NCBI GenBank assembly: GCA_035193785.1
Contig: CP136572.1
Span: 2,516,578 to 2,580,577, forward strand
Source: Planktothrix sp. GU0601_MAG3
Lineage (GTDB): Bacteria; Cyanobacteriota; Cyanobacteriia; Cyanobacteriales; Microcoleaceae
Direction of reading: 5' to 3'
Length of the DNA stretch: 64,000 bases
Shown here: one piece after another, positions 12,023-25,436 of the stretch
How positions within the stretch are numbered: position 1 is the first letter of the stretch
How the letters are laid out: each line of letters begins with the position of its first letter
Made by a program: the position numbers and the translations under genes
The notes under the pieces: generated by a model
What the model was told of the DNA's origin: nothing
What the model saw: only the letters and a program-made list of their open reading frames with translations
The model's database searches: none

Positions 12023-13421
12023 CTAACTACGGAAAGATTTTTTTTCAAATTGGGACAGAAACAAGTCCGGTTTTCTTAACTCTGGGAAATCAAGGGCTAT
12101 GAATAGGAAACTGCGACTACAAGTAATAGCAGTAAACATACTCACCACCACCCCTAATCCTAATGTTAGGGCAAAACCTTTGACTAACCCGGTTCCGAAC
12201 CAAAATAGGGCGACACAAGCAATAACTGTTGTGACGTTACCATCTAAAATACTACCAAATGCCCGATAAAAACCCGATTCCACAGAACGATATAAGGTTT
12301 TTCCCGCCCTCAATTCCTCACGGGTTCGTTCAAAGATTAGAACATTAGCATCCACCGCCATCCCAATACTCAGAATAAATCCGGCAATTCCTGGTAAGGT
12401 CAAGGTTACACCCAATAAATTAAATAGGGCTAAACTTAATAAGGCGTAAATAATTAAAGAAAAATCGGCGATTAATCCTGGTAATCGATAATAGACAACC
12501 ATGAAAATCAGGACTAAAATTAAACCCGTCCCCCCGGCGTAAATACTACGTTGAATACTATCCCGTCCTAGGGTGGCGCCAACGGTGCGGTTTTCAACAA
12601 TTTCCACAGGAACAGGTAAAGCTCCCCCGCGCAATTGTACAGCTAAAGAATTAGCATCTTCGGCGCTAAATCTGCCCGTAATTACCGCCCGACCGCCGAC
12701 AATTCCCGTATCGGCAAAATCCACCGGAACCGATGGAGAACTTAATAAACTATTATCCAGAAAAATCCCAATGGTTCGACCCGTTCCCGCTAAATTTTTA
12801 GTTAATTCCGTGAACTTGTCTCCCCCTTCAGAACTAAAGACTAAACCAATATTCCAGTTTCCTCCCTGTACGGGTTCAGGATAGGCGTCTTTTAAATCTT
12901 GACCTCTTAAAACCGGACTATTATAGAGTTGAGCGATCGCATCATTACTTTTATTTAAAGATTCAATAGCGGCGGCTAAAGTTTGGGAATCACCCTTTTT
13001 TTTAGCATCTTCAATTTGTTGTTTAATTCCCTGTTGGACTTGAAATTCCACCGCTAATTGTTGCTCGGTTCCCGATTTTTGTTCCCGGAAATCTAACTGC
13101 GCCGTTCCTCCTAAAACCCTTTCTGCTTCTTGGGGGTCATTCACCCCGGGTAACTGTACCAAAATCTGATCCTGTCCCACCGTTTGTACCACGGCTTCCG
13201 ATACCCCCAGTTCATTCACCCGGTTATCAATCACACTTTGAAACCGAGGTCAGAACCCGTTCATCAATAACGGGAACCGCTTCCGAGGGTTTTAATTGAA
13301 TGGTAAGTTGGGAACCTCCGCGTAAATCTAAACCCAACCGAAAAGGAACATTAGTTAACACAACAATAGAGGCGATCACCATCACCAAAATCAGAATTAA
13401 AGCAGACCTTTGTTTTCGCAT
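12023..13421 (-). CDS. secD: Protein translocase subunit SecD
   Basis: LGLDLRGG, GMAVDANVLIFER; joined across extra base at 13240-13244. Confidence 0.95.
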
Positions 13422-13447
13422 TTTTATCAATAATTATTAATTAGTCA

Positions 13448-13477
13448 AGAGAGACGCGCCGTGGCACGTCTCTACGG
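13448..13477 (-). repeat. GTAG-headed REP-like palindrome (second copy)
   Basis: Exact reverse complement of 2832-2861. Confidence 0.8.
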
Positions 13478-13605
13478 CTAGAAATTTATTTCTGGGCTTT
13501 CGTCACCCCACCGATAACAGTAATCAGTGAATAGTCAATAAGTAAACGGTTGATTAATTCTTAACTCCGTAACTTTTACACTAATAACTGATAACTGATG
13601 ACGGA

Positions 13606-14587
13606 TTACCGATAACTGATTATTGATTTTACTCCCTCAATAATTTGTTCCGGTTGCACAATAGTTAGTCGTTCTAAAGCACCGTTATAGGGTGTAGGAA
13701 TATCTTGAGACGCCAATCTTAATACGGGTGCATCCAGTTCATCAAAAAGACGGTCATTAATTGAAGCCGTAATTTCTGCCCCCAGTCCCCCGGTTTTCAT
13801 ACATTCTTCCACGATAACTACCCGATGGGTTTTACGAATCGATTCCCCAATGGTGTCAAAATCGAGGGGTTTAAGGGAAATTAAATCAATAACTTCTGGA
13901 TCATAACCCTGTTTGACCAAAGCAGGAACCGCTTGCATGACGTGATGGCGCATCCGAGAATAGGTCAGAATTGTCACGTCTTTTCCCCGTCTGACTATTT
14001 CCGCCTTATCAATCGGGACAATATATTCTTCGTCGGGGATTTCTTCTTTGAGGTTGTATAACAGGACGTGCTCAAAAAATAGCACCGGGTTATCATCTCT
14101 AATCGCGGCTTTCATCAATCCCTTAGCATTATAGGGCGTCGAACAGGCGACCATTTTTAAACCAGGAAACCGACTGGAAATAGGATTCTAAGCGTTGAGA
14201 GTGTTCCGCCCCCAATTGACGGCCCACACCCCCAGGGCCACGAATGACCAGGGGCATTTTGAAATTTCCCCCGGAAGTATAGCGCAGCATTCCGCCGTTG
14301 TTAGCAATTTGGTTGAAGGCGAGTAACAAAAATCCCATATTCATGCCTTCAATAATCGGCCGCAACCCCGTCATGGCGGCACCAACGGCCATTCCTGTAA
14401 AACTATTTTCGGCAATCGGGGTATCTAAAACCCGCAAATCCCCATATTTTTCATAAAGATCCTTAGTAACCTTATAGGAACCGCCATATTGACCCACATC
14501 TTCCCCCAACACGAACACTCTGGGGTCACGAGCCATTTCTTCATCGGTTGCTTGTTTCAGGGCGTTAAAAAGTAGGGTTGGTGCCAT
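13606..14587 (-). CDS. pdhB: Pyruvate dehydrogenase E1 beta subunit
   Basis: [21 protein letters not shown]; joined across 14166-14170 (QSVPGLK). Confidence 0.95.
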
Positions 14588-14702
14588 TGCAATTCTTGAT
14601 AAGCGAGCGTGGATCACAGCTAATCTTACCAGAGAGTCGCCGCCCGTAGGTATTGCAGTCCTATAGCCAAGGATGGGGACAGCATCGCGCCTCAACTTCT
14701 TA

Positions 14703-17700
14703 TTATATAGAAATAACTTGAAACTGATTAGACGAAATTAAATTTATATCAATCCCATTTAATCGCGCGAGTTCTTCTCCGCTATTGGTTAAACTAATAA
14801 TAGCGGTATTTCCCTGTTGATTTAGGGTAAGTTGATCAAAGGTTAATCCTTTACTGAGTCCTAGAGAATCTAACTCTGGATTAAAGTCAAGAATTAAGTC
14901 GCTTCCGCTATTAATTGCTAAGACAAATATATCTTGACCTGAGCCTCCGATTAAGGTGTCATTTTCCGTATCTCCAAATAATAGATCATTGCCACTTCCT
15001 CCAATTAAAGAATCATTCCCACTTCCTCCATAAAGGGTATCATTTCCAGCACATCCATCTAAAATATCTGTACCCTCATTTCCGAATAGCAAATCTTGAT
15101 CATCTCCTCCACAAATACTGTCATCTCCAATATCTCCAAATAGAATATCTGCACCCTGTTCACCTTTGAGAATATCCTGACCTTGACCTCCAAATAAACT
15201 ATCATCTCCCGACCCACCATCGAGAAAATCATCTTCTGAATTTCCGAATAAAATATCGTTACCTTCACCACTAATTAAGATATCATTTCCTAAGTTTCCA
15301 AATAGTAAATCATCGCCTTCATTTCCTTGTAATGTATCATTATCTTTACCACCATAAAGGGTATCATTCCCTAAATATCCCTGGATAAAATCATTATTGC
15401 GATCGCCAAATAGAAAATCATTATCTTCATTTCCCTCTAAAATATCATCGCCTTCTCCGCCATATTGGGTATCGTTTCCTAACCATCCTTGGAGAATATC
15501 TGCTCCCTGATTTCCGAATAATAAATCATTGCCATTTTCGCCATTTAAGTTATCTGCTCCCGCCTTACCCATTAAAGTATCATCACCTTCAAACCCTGTA
15601 ATTTGATCATTAAAATCACTTCCAATTAAATTATCATTTCCTAATTGACCATCAAAGGTCTGTTCGAGAGAATTTTGTGTTTTTAATTGGTCTATATTGG
15701 GCGTAGGAAATTGATCACACAGACATTTATCTTCACCAATAGGACTCGGAGTTGGTATTGGAGTTGGTTCTGGGGTTGGTTCTGGGGTTGGTGCGGGGGT
15801 TGGTGCGGGGGTTGGACTTGGAGTTGGTTCTGGGGTTGGTTCTGGGGTTGGTGCGGGGGTTGGACTTGGAGTTGGTTCTGGGGTTGGACTCGGAGTTGGT
15901 GCTGGGGTTGGTTCTGGAGTTGGTTCTGGGGTTGGACTTGGAGTTGGTTCTGGGGTTGGACTCGGAGTTGGTGCGGGGGTTGGACTCGGAGTTGGTGCGG
16001 GGGTTGGTTCTGGAGTTGGTTCTGGGGTTGGACTCGGAGTTGGTTTCTGGGGTTGGACTCGGAGTTGATGCTGGGGTTGGACTCGGAGTTGGTGCTGGGG
16101 TTGGACTCGGAGTTGGTGCTGGGGTTGGTTCTGGGGTTGGTTCTGGGGTTGGACTCGGAGTTGGTTCTGGGGTTGGACTCGGAGTTGGTGCTGGGGTTGG
16201 ACTCGGAGTTGGTTCTGGGGTTGGACTCGGAGTTGGTGCTGGGGTTGGACTCGGAGTTGGTTCTGGGGTTGGACTCGGAGTTGGTGCTGGGGTTGGACTT
16301 GGAGTTGGTTCTGGGGTTGGACTCGGAGTTGGTGCGGGAGTTGGACTCGGAGTTGGTGCTGGGGTTGGACTCGGAGTTGGTGCGGGAGTTACAACTGAAA
16401 ACTCATAAGCACCACTATCAATAATTGCTGTACCATTTTGATCTCCATCCGTTGGACGAGGCTGACCGAGTTGATCTGTTGTGGGTGAATTATTGTTATT
16501 TCCCGTATCAATAGCAGGACTTCCTGTTAACAACGGATGAATTAACATCCCATTAACTGTTTGCAAATTTCCCAATAAAGCATCAGCAACTAATTTAATA
16601 TTAGGAGTTGCTTTGGTATCATTGGGGTTTAATTCATTGGTTTGAATATTACCACCACCATCATTATATTCAGTTCCGGTATGGTGTTTGACGTTCCAGG
16701 TATTTCCCCCATTATTAGCAATATTCTTAGATAAAATTGTATTAGTTAAGGTAACATTTGCACCGCCACCCCAAAATCCACCCCCTTGAAATCCGGCATA
16801 ATTATTGGCAATTGTTGTATTAATTATATTGGTTAAATTCGTACCATTGACAAGGGTAATTGCACCCCCCAAGCCACTATTCCCGTCGATAGATTCAGCC
16901 CGATTTCCTGAAAAAGTGCTATTGGTAATGGTAGTAGGAGAGGTTTCGCCCACCCATAAACCGCCTCCTTGACTATAGGCTCGGTTATTGGCAAATGTTG
17001 TATTATTTAGGGTTAATTCCGCATTCCCAGAACGCAATCCTCCCCCTAAAGAACCTCCTTTATTATTGGTTTGAACTGTATTATTAATAATTGTGCTATT
17101 TTCCACAATAATTTTATCAGGAGGATAGGCAAATAGAAATAACCCTCCCCCCTGTCCAGCCCCCGTATTTCCATCAAATACGGAGTTATTAATCCGAATA
17201 ATTCCACCTATTAAACCCGGTGTAGCATTGGCTCCAGAGGCGTTTGCACCATCGGTATAAATGGCTCCGCCTGCGCCATGATAGTTACTTGAAACCATTA
17301 GCAACCGTACCCCCGGGCACAGAAGTATTGTTAATAAATTTGGAATTATCAACAGTTAAATTACCCAATAAATGATTAATTGCGCCACCATTTATTCCCT
17401 TATTATTGGTGAATTGACTATTAGTAACCGTGAGGGAACCTGCGCTTTTTGTGGCGATCGCACCTCCCCCCCGTTCACTCCCTCCTAATGTGCCATCATT
17501 ATTATTAAATGTGCTATTAATAACAACCGTATTGCTCTTGAATCCAGTATAAATTCCACCTCCAAATTGAGCAATATTATTATTCAGTTCACTATCTTCT
17601 AAAGTTAGGTTGGTTGAACCTTGCATCCGAATTCCACCCCCCGAACCCGCTTCATCAATTCCTTGGGCTTTCCCATTGGCAATAATTAGGTTTTTTAGGG

Positions 17701-17986
17701 TTGTATTAGTGGGTTGAAATTGGGGACTAACTTGGAGTTCAAAGACGCGAAATTGATTGTTTCCACTGATAGTAACTTTACCGGGAGTTGCACTCGAAAT
17801 AAGTCCATCAATGGTAATACTTTTATTGATATTTAATTGACCACTGGTTAGTAGAATAGTTGGGTTAGATTGATTGGCTAAACTAGAATCAAATTGAATA
17901 ATATCCCCAGGTTGAGCTTGAGCGATCGCTTCTCTTAAAGAACCAATCCCATTATCATTTAAGTTGGTAACAATCAAGTTTGCCAT
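14703..17986 (-). CDS. Secreted surface protein: beta-helix (GGAI/FxxN repeats), choice-of-anchor-Q-like motif, Pro-Thr linker, RTX Ca-binding repeats (~1093 aa joined)
   Basis: GSLREAI start; [18 protein letters not shown]; ([12 protein letters not shown])n; GGxGxD nonapeptides; three ORFs join after removing one base each at 17291 and 16043. Confidence 0.82.
15745..16390. repeat. 12-bp coding tandem repeat (Pro-Thr-Pro-X)
   Basis: GGAGTTGGACTC / GGGGTTGGTTCT / GGGGTTGGTGCT units over ~650 bp. Confidence 0.95.
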
Positions 17987-18078
17987 TTTATTTCATCCTT
18001 AATTTATAAAGTTTTCACAATATTTTATTCTTCAAAATAATACAAAAAGTTGCTTTATTTTGAAGAATAAATCATGTG

Positions 18079-21000
18079 TTAGTTGGGATTAAAAGCCAAG
18101 CCAATAAAATCTTCGGAGGTCAGTAAATTAGGATTAAATCCTTTTAAAGTAGCTAAAACTTCTCCCGTACTTGAAACTTGAATCAAAGTATTGTTTTCGA
18201 CCTGGGTAAATTGCAATTTTTCAAAACTCAATCCCCCCGTCAACCCGATCAAGTCTTCCCCATCAGTAAAGTCATCAATCAAATTATTACCTTGATTTTC
18301 TCCTAAGCTAAAGGTATCTGTTCCTTTCCCTCCCCATAATAAATCATCGCCCAAATCTCCACTAATAAAATCATCTCCATCTCCCCCTAAAATGGTGTCA
18401 TTTCCTTGACCACCATAGAGGGTATCATTACCCGTTCTTCCCTTCAATAAATCATTGCCCAAATTACTAAAGATCAGGTCATTATCTTCCCCTCCACAAA
18501 TCGTATCATTATCCTGTCCGCTATATATAATATCGTCTCCAGATCCTCCTTGCAATAAATCGTCTCCCTGATTTCCGAATAAAATATTTTCGTCTTCATT
18601 CCCAACTAAAGTATCATTTCCTAAATCTCCAAAAAGGGTATCTTTACCTTGATTTCCCCAAACTAAATCATTTCCTTGACCTCCATAAATAATATCATCT
18701 CCATTTCCTCCTTGAAGGTTATCATCTCCTAAATTTCCCCAAATAATATCCTGACCATCTTCGCCTAAAACAAAGTCATTTTCCTGTCCTCCATAAATAC
18801 TATCGTCTCCCAAATCTCCGGTTATATAATCATCTCCTTGATTTCCAAATAGAATATCATTTCCAAACCCACCATCTAAATTGTCATTTCCTTCTAAACC
18901 ATAGAGAATATCATCGGTATCTCGACCTAAAATCCCATCGGCTTCAGGCGTCCCTAACCCATTGGTTGGTTCGGGGTCAAAAATAGTATTAACAACAGTA
19001 TTTTTAGCAGGTATGATATTAGGAATATCTGTACATTGATCTTGTAATTCAAGTCCGCTCCTTCCCTCTGGTGCGGGAGTTGGTGCTGGGGTTGGTGCGG
19101 GAGTTGGCGCGGGAGTTGGCGCGGGAGTTGGTGCTGGGGTTGGTGCTGGGGTTGGTGCTGGGGTTGGACTCGGAGTTGGTGCTGGGGTTGGTGCTGGGGT
19201 TGGACTCGGAGTTGGACTCGGAGTTGGACTCGGAGTTGGTTTCTGGGGTTGTTGCGGGAGTTGGTGCGGGGGTTGGTGCGGGGGTTGGTTCTGGGGTTGG
19301 ACTTGGAGTTGGTTCTGGGGTTGGTGCTGGGGGTGGACTCGGAGTTGGACTCGGAGTTGGACTCGGAGTTGGACTCGGGGTTGGTGCTGGGGTTGGTGCT
19401 GGGGTTGGACTCGGAGTTGGACTCGGAGTTGGACTCGGAGTTGGACTCGGAGTTGGTGCGGGGGTCGGACTCGGAGTTGGACTCGGAGTTGGACTCGGAG
19501 TTGGACTCGGAGTTGGACTCGGAGTCGGTGCGGGGGTTGGTGCGGGGGTTGGTGCGGGGGTTGGTGCGGGAGTTGGACTCGGAGTTGGACTCGGAGTTGG
19601 TGCGGGAGTTGGTGCTGGGGTTGGACTTGGAGTTGGACTCGGAGTTGGACTCGGAGTTGGTGCGGGGGTTGGTGCGGGAGTTGGACTCGGAGTTGGACTC
19701 GGAGTTGGACTCGGAGTTGGACTCGGAGTTGGACTCGGAGTTGGACTCGGAGTTGGACTCGGAGTTGGACTCGGAGTTGGACTCGGAGTTGGACTCGGAG
19801 TTGGTGCTGGAGTTACAATTGAAAACTCATAAGCACCACTATCAATAATTGCTGTACCATTTTTGTCGCCATCAATAGGGCGAGGCTGACCGAGTTGATC
19901 CGTTGTGGGTGAATTATTACTGCTTCCGGTATCAATAGCGGGACTTCCTGTTAATAACGGATGAATTAATACCCCATTAATAGCCTGTAAACCTCCTAAT
20001 AAAGCATCAGCAACTAACTGAATATTAGCAGATGCTTTAATATCATTCGGGTTTAGTTCCGTTGTTTGAATATTTCCCCCACCATTGTTAAGTTGAGTAG
20101 TAACATGATGGTTTGTATTCCAAGTATTTCCGCCGTTAAATGCTTTATTTTTAGATAAAAGTGTATTAGTTAACGTAACATTTGTTCCTCCTGATGATAT
20201 GCCTCCACCGATAAAACCCGCATAATTATCAGCAATTGTTGTATTAATAATACTGGTAGTAGTTGTTCCATTCGCCAGGGCAATTCCTCCTCCTAATCCT
20301 CCTTTTCCATCTAAAGATTCAGCCCTATTTCCTGAAATGGTGCTATTAATAATCGTCATCGGAACCTGTTCTCCAACCCACAAACCACCGCCTTGACTCA
20401 AGGCTTTATTATTGGCGATGGTCGTATTTCTTAGGGTAAATTGCCCATTCCTTCCCGGTCTAATTCCTCCCCCATAACTATCACCTTTATTATTAAAAAT
20501 AACACTATTATTAGTAATTGTGCTATTTTCAACAATCATTTTATCTGGGGAATAACCGTATAAATATAAACCCCCGGCTTGTCCGGCTGCGGTATTCCCA
20601 TCAAACACAGAATTATTAATCTGAATTGTTCTTACTGTTCCTTCTGACTTCGCTCCATCGGCAAAAATTGCACCTCCATAACCATTGGAAATAGCCGGGC
20701 CAAGATTAATATTTGCCCCGGGAACAGAGGTATTATTAATAAATTTAGAATTTTGAACACTCAAATCACAAATAACACTATAAATGGCTCCGCCATTAAT
20801 GCCTTTATTATTCGTGAATTCACTACCAATAACCGTCAGACTCGTTTGGCTATCAGTAGAAATTGCCCCGCCACCTCGTTCACTTTTTCCCGGTGTTCCA
20901 TCATTATTATTAAATTTACTATTAATAATGGTTGTATTAGTTCTATAACCTGCAAAAAGACCCCCTCCATACTGAGCTATATTATTATTAACTTGACTAT

Positions 21001-21391
21001 TTTCTAAAGTTAAAGTGTTTAATGTTTTAACTCTAATTCCTGCCCCTGCACCCTCTTGGGCAATACCTTGGGCATTACCATTGACAACAATTAGGTTTTT
21101 AAGAGTTGTATTCGTAGGTTTAGCTTGAGCATCAGCTTGAAGTTCTAAGACGCGAAATTTATTTTCACCACTAATGGTTATGGGAGTGGGAACTGCACCT
21201 GGAATCAGTCCATCAATGGTAATACTTTTATTGATATTTAATTGACTACTGGTGAGTTTAATGGTAGGATTAGATACGCTAGATAAACTCGAATCAAATT
21301 GGATAATATCTCCGGGTTGAGCTAAGGCGATCGCGTTTCTTAGAGAACCCGTTCCATTATCATTTAAGTTGGTAACAATTACGGCAGCCAT
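18079..21391 (-). CDS. Paralogous beta-helix / Pro-Thr / RTX secreted surface protein (~1103 aa joined)
   Basis: Same architecture as 14703-17986; joined across 19239-19243. Confidence 0.82.
19070..19813. repeat. 12-bp coding tandem repeat (Pro-Thr-Pro-Ser/Ala)
   Basis: Long perfect runs of GGAGTTGGACTC. Confidence 0.95.
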
Positions 21392-21519
21392 TACGAGGAA
21401 TCCTAATTTTACTTATGATTTTCAGACAATTATCTGTTCAAGAACAGTTACTGAATATCCGGTGATCTGAGATATTTTTTTTCAGTCTTCTACTAACTTT
21501 TACCGATGGCTAAAGTTGG

Positions 21520-21625
21520 TATAGCGCTACGCACTAGGGAACAGGGAACACCGGATCTGGGAACAGTAAGCAGTGAATGAGTTTCAGGATTTAGAAGTGT
21601 CCTAACTTAAATGCGTAGCGCTATA
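21520..21625. mobile_element. 106-bp MITE with 14-bp perfect terminal inverted repeats and TA ends
   Basis: TATAGCGCTACGCA ... TGCGTAGCGCTATA; internal AGGGAAC heptamers. Confidence 0.7.
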
Positions 21626-22435
21626 GAATTATCTATCACAAATTCCAGTAAAATTAGACAACAAATTTTCAACCGTTGATTATCACGGTCTAGCATTTGA
21701 GTATAGAATGATAGTCTAATTAATTGCTCAAAAACTAAAATTAGAGTATGAAATTGAGCGAAAATTTTAATATTTGAAAAAATCCCATTCCGGTGTGGAT
21801 CAAGAAAAAGGGATTTAACCTTATTTTTAAATGCAAAGACTATCCTAGAAGCATTTCCTAAGCATAGGTTCAGCCAAAGGAGGGTTAAATTAAAATTTCC
21901 AGAAAAGCACAAGGTTGAAACAGTGGACATCTTTCAGACTTTCAGAGGGTGTACATTAATAGATACATCCCGATGATGATTAAGTCAAGCTACACTCTAT
22001 ATTTGACGAAAACCCTGGAATTAAAGTTTCCCTATTTTCAAGATTAACAATTAACTCAGATTCACCCGAATAAAATAAATAGATTGGCACTTTTACCCAG
22101 CCACCACGGGAAAGAGCCAACCTCAATGTGACGTACTGCCAGGAAGTCACAAAAGCATATTAATCAAGCCCAAATTACCTTGATTCAAGCCCTAATCTAT
22201 TAATAGCTTAATTCCTGGGTTTTTACATCAGAAATTATACGGAACTTTGTCATCAAAAAAAAACATCGTATCTCCGAGAAATTATGGAGAAAACCCTGAG
22301 AAAAAGGAGCGAGTTATCACCCACTCCCTTAATTTATAGCAGTCGCCCCTAAAGGTTAGGATATGGACTGATGTGGCAAACCGAGATTTTCTTCTCTGTT
22401 GCGATGTTTCCTACCCTTGCTATTGCTGCCCAGGC

Positions 22436-23162
22436 CTAATCCCGATTAAAGGCAATCAGTAAGCGCAGAATAAAGATAAATAGGTTGATGTAGGTCAAAT
22501 ACATCGATAATGCGGCGGACAAATACTGTTTGTCGGTGTAAGCGCGGGGAAGCAAATAGAAGTCAACCACCGCCGCCCCCACAAATAACAGCACTCCCAG
22601 GCCAGAAATACCAATTTCTAACCAAGAAGGAGTAATGATTCCAAAGAAACCCAGGATAAATTGGGCCAAAATCACCACGAATAGGGAAATAATTCCTAAA
22701 CGGATGGTTTTAGTCAGGGCCATGCCATCGGACTCGGAGAGGTTAGACCCAATCGAAACGCGCCCCGATAAAGGTGACTCCACATCCTAAAGCCGCCACC
22801 CCAATTCCAGCCATCCCAACACCACTTGTACCCAAAGCCAGGGCTACCAGACCTGTGAGGGTATAGCCCGTTAGTAGGCTATAGGTTGCCAATAGGGGTA
22901 AAGCCGCCTGATTGTTACCCTTATTGGCGATACCCGAAGCCACAAAAAACAAAGCAATTTGGGCAATAAAAGCCACCCAGAAGGTTGTCATAAACAATCC
23001 GGGGTTAGCCGCGGCAACATTCAAACCCCCAAAGGTTCCAAGGGCGGTCAGAATTAACCCGCCGCCCACATAGGGTAAGGCGTTAGCAATCACATTTGGG
23101 CCAACAATAGCCTCATTTTTAGCCTCTCGTACGGCTTGACGAAAATTACTGGTACTGGTCAT
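22436..23162 (-). CDS. Bax inhibitor-1/YccA family membrane protein
   Basis: Multi-TM protein ending ALSMYLTYINLFIFILRLL; joined across 22755-22759. Confidence 0.88.
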
Positions 23163-23326
23163 ATTGTCCTTCCATAATCAACACTACCTCCTTATAATTT
23201 AGCGAATCCTGGGAATTTGGGGTGATTTAAAGGGAAATTCTCAAGATTCGTGATCATCACTCAGATAGAATTAAAGTTTTTGAAAGGGGAAAAGTAGATT
23301 TTTCAGCTATTAAGAAAAATCAGCTA

Positions 23327-25325
23327 TTAAACCCTTACCCATTTTAATATATCAGGGGCTTTATCGTAACGATAACTAAAACCATCATTAGCCGCAATTG
23401 TTTGTCCTCGACTGGCTTTATTTCTGACCGTGCTCAGGCTGTAAGCGGTTAATCCCTGCATTTCTTGATGGGAAAATTTATCTTTCTCTGGGATTTTTGC
23501 TAAAACGTCAATCGGTTCAGAAGTTGCTTGAGTTTGGGCGGAGTTGCTAACTGTTATTGCCGTTGAGTGATAATCGGCAACATCTACTAAACGCCAACTG
23601 GAATCTTCGGCAAGTTCCAACACTTGTTGATGATAGTTAAATAGACTTTCTCGATGTCCGACACTAATAAATGTTTTACCTGTTTCCTGTAACTGTTTGT
23701 ATAGTTGATCTTCATTTTTTAAATCTAAGGCACTGGTGGCTTCATCTAAAATCACAAAATCAGGACGATTAATTAATAAGCGGGCAAAGGCTAAACGTTG
23801 TTGTTCTCCCAAGGATAAAATACTTTCCCAGGGCATTTCTTCATCAAAATTTTTAATCCGATCAATGACATTTCCTAGGTTAACCTTTTGTAAAACTTCT
23901 TTTAATTCTAATTCACTAATCGGATTATTTGTTTGAGGGTAGATTAGCTGTTCACGCAGGCTTCCTAAGATAATATAGGGACGCTGTGGTAAAAATAAAA
24001 TGTCATCCAAGGGAGGCCGAATTAAATCCCCTGTACCAACATTCCACAGGCCGGAAATGGCGCGTAATAAAGAGCTTTTTCCTCGACCACTGGGGCCAAC
24101 TATTAATAAACCTGTACCTGGTTTGATCGATAGAGATAAATTTTCAACAATGACTTTGGCGGCATCGGGGGTTTGTAGGGTGACATCTTCAAAAGCCAGA
24201 TGATTATTTTCTATAACTTGAATATTGTTAACTTGATTAGAGGTTTGACTGACGCTGGTTAAGGCTTGGGAAAAGTCATCTAAACGCTCAATATAATTAA
24301 TGAATTCACCCGATTTACCAAATTCAGCTACTAATACTGCTAGGGCAGTAGAAAAGAAATAACAGGCATAGCTGGCTTGATTAACTTCTCCTAATTCAAT
24401 ACGTCCAATAACGTATAAAGGAGAAACAATTAGGAAGGGGAATATTTGAATAAAAGCTTCATAACCTTTATTAAAAAAATCCTGGTTTGTCTCCCAACCA
24501 ATTTTACCAATAGTTACTTCAACAACTTGATTAAATCTACGTTGAATAATGTTTATTTCTTTTTCTTCACCTCGGAAAAAAGCAATAGATTCGGCATGGT
24601 TGCGAACATGAGTTAGGGAATAATTATAGTTAGCTTCTACTTCTAATTGCTGTTTATTAATTTTATTGATTTGTTGAACGATATAGGTGGCGAGAATATT
24701 ACCAATCACTGTATAGATAAAAAGAACAACAGCAATGGTTTCTGGAAATTGACCAGAGAATCGTGATAAAAACAAACATCTCTATTAATTTTTCAAAACA
24801 GGTTGTCAAAAAATCCAGGGTCATTCGGGCAATCGGTTCAATTTCCTGGGCTAATCGTTGATCGGGATTATTAATATCATCTTGAAAGTTAATTTGATAA
24901 TAGGCACGATTCTTAAAATATTGCTGTAATATTTTCTGGTTAATCCATTGATACCAGTCAAGTGCGATTCTTTTTTTAATAAGTTTAGATAATCCCGATA
25001 CAGCAACCATGCCGATGAGAGTAATACTATAAACAATTAATAGCCGAGTTAACTTTGGTAAATTCTTCGCTTCCGTAAAGTCAATTAAGTCTCGAAAAAC
25101 AAAACTATTAAAAGCATTGAACCCGACCAGTCCTACCAATAATAATAATAATAATAAGAGCATTCCCCAAGATCGAATGACTTCTGAAAAAGCTCGGTTT
25201 TGTGATTCTAGGGGATACCAATAAACTTGAATAAAGGATAAAATCTTTTGCAAAAAATGATTCAAATTCTGGCTATCATCTTTGGTATTAATATTGGTCG
25301 CGCTTTTTGCCGAAACGTCCATCAT
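23327..25325 (-). CDS. aerN: Cyanopeptide-cluster ABC transporter (fused permease/ATPase, McyH-like)
   Basis: NPDQR, EAA-like HAESIAFFRGE, GPSGRGKS, LSLGEQQR; last gene of the NRPS cluster; joined across 24738-24742. Confidence 0.85.
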
Positions 25326-25436
25326 TTGTCCTGGTGTAATGTGCGGGTAGATTAAAGATTTTAATACTTATCTCCAGAATTAGAGATTGGCTAATTATAC
25401 CACATTTAATAGGCGATCGCTAATTCTGAATAACTG

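Noticed and set aside
15745..19813. CRISPR array
   Set aside because: Contiguous 12-bp coding units with no unique spacers and no cas genes
15687..19848. Plus-strand ORFs rich in GLGVG, LDSE or WSWFWG
   Set aside because: Antisense and alternative-frame shadows of the Pro-Thr repeat
21607..21930. 107-aa ORF or riboswitch in the long intergenic region
   Set aside because: No recognisable protein motif, overlaps the MITE end, and I could not match any riboswitch consensus
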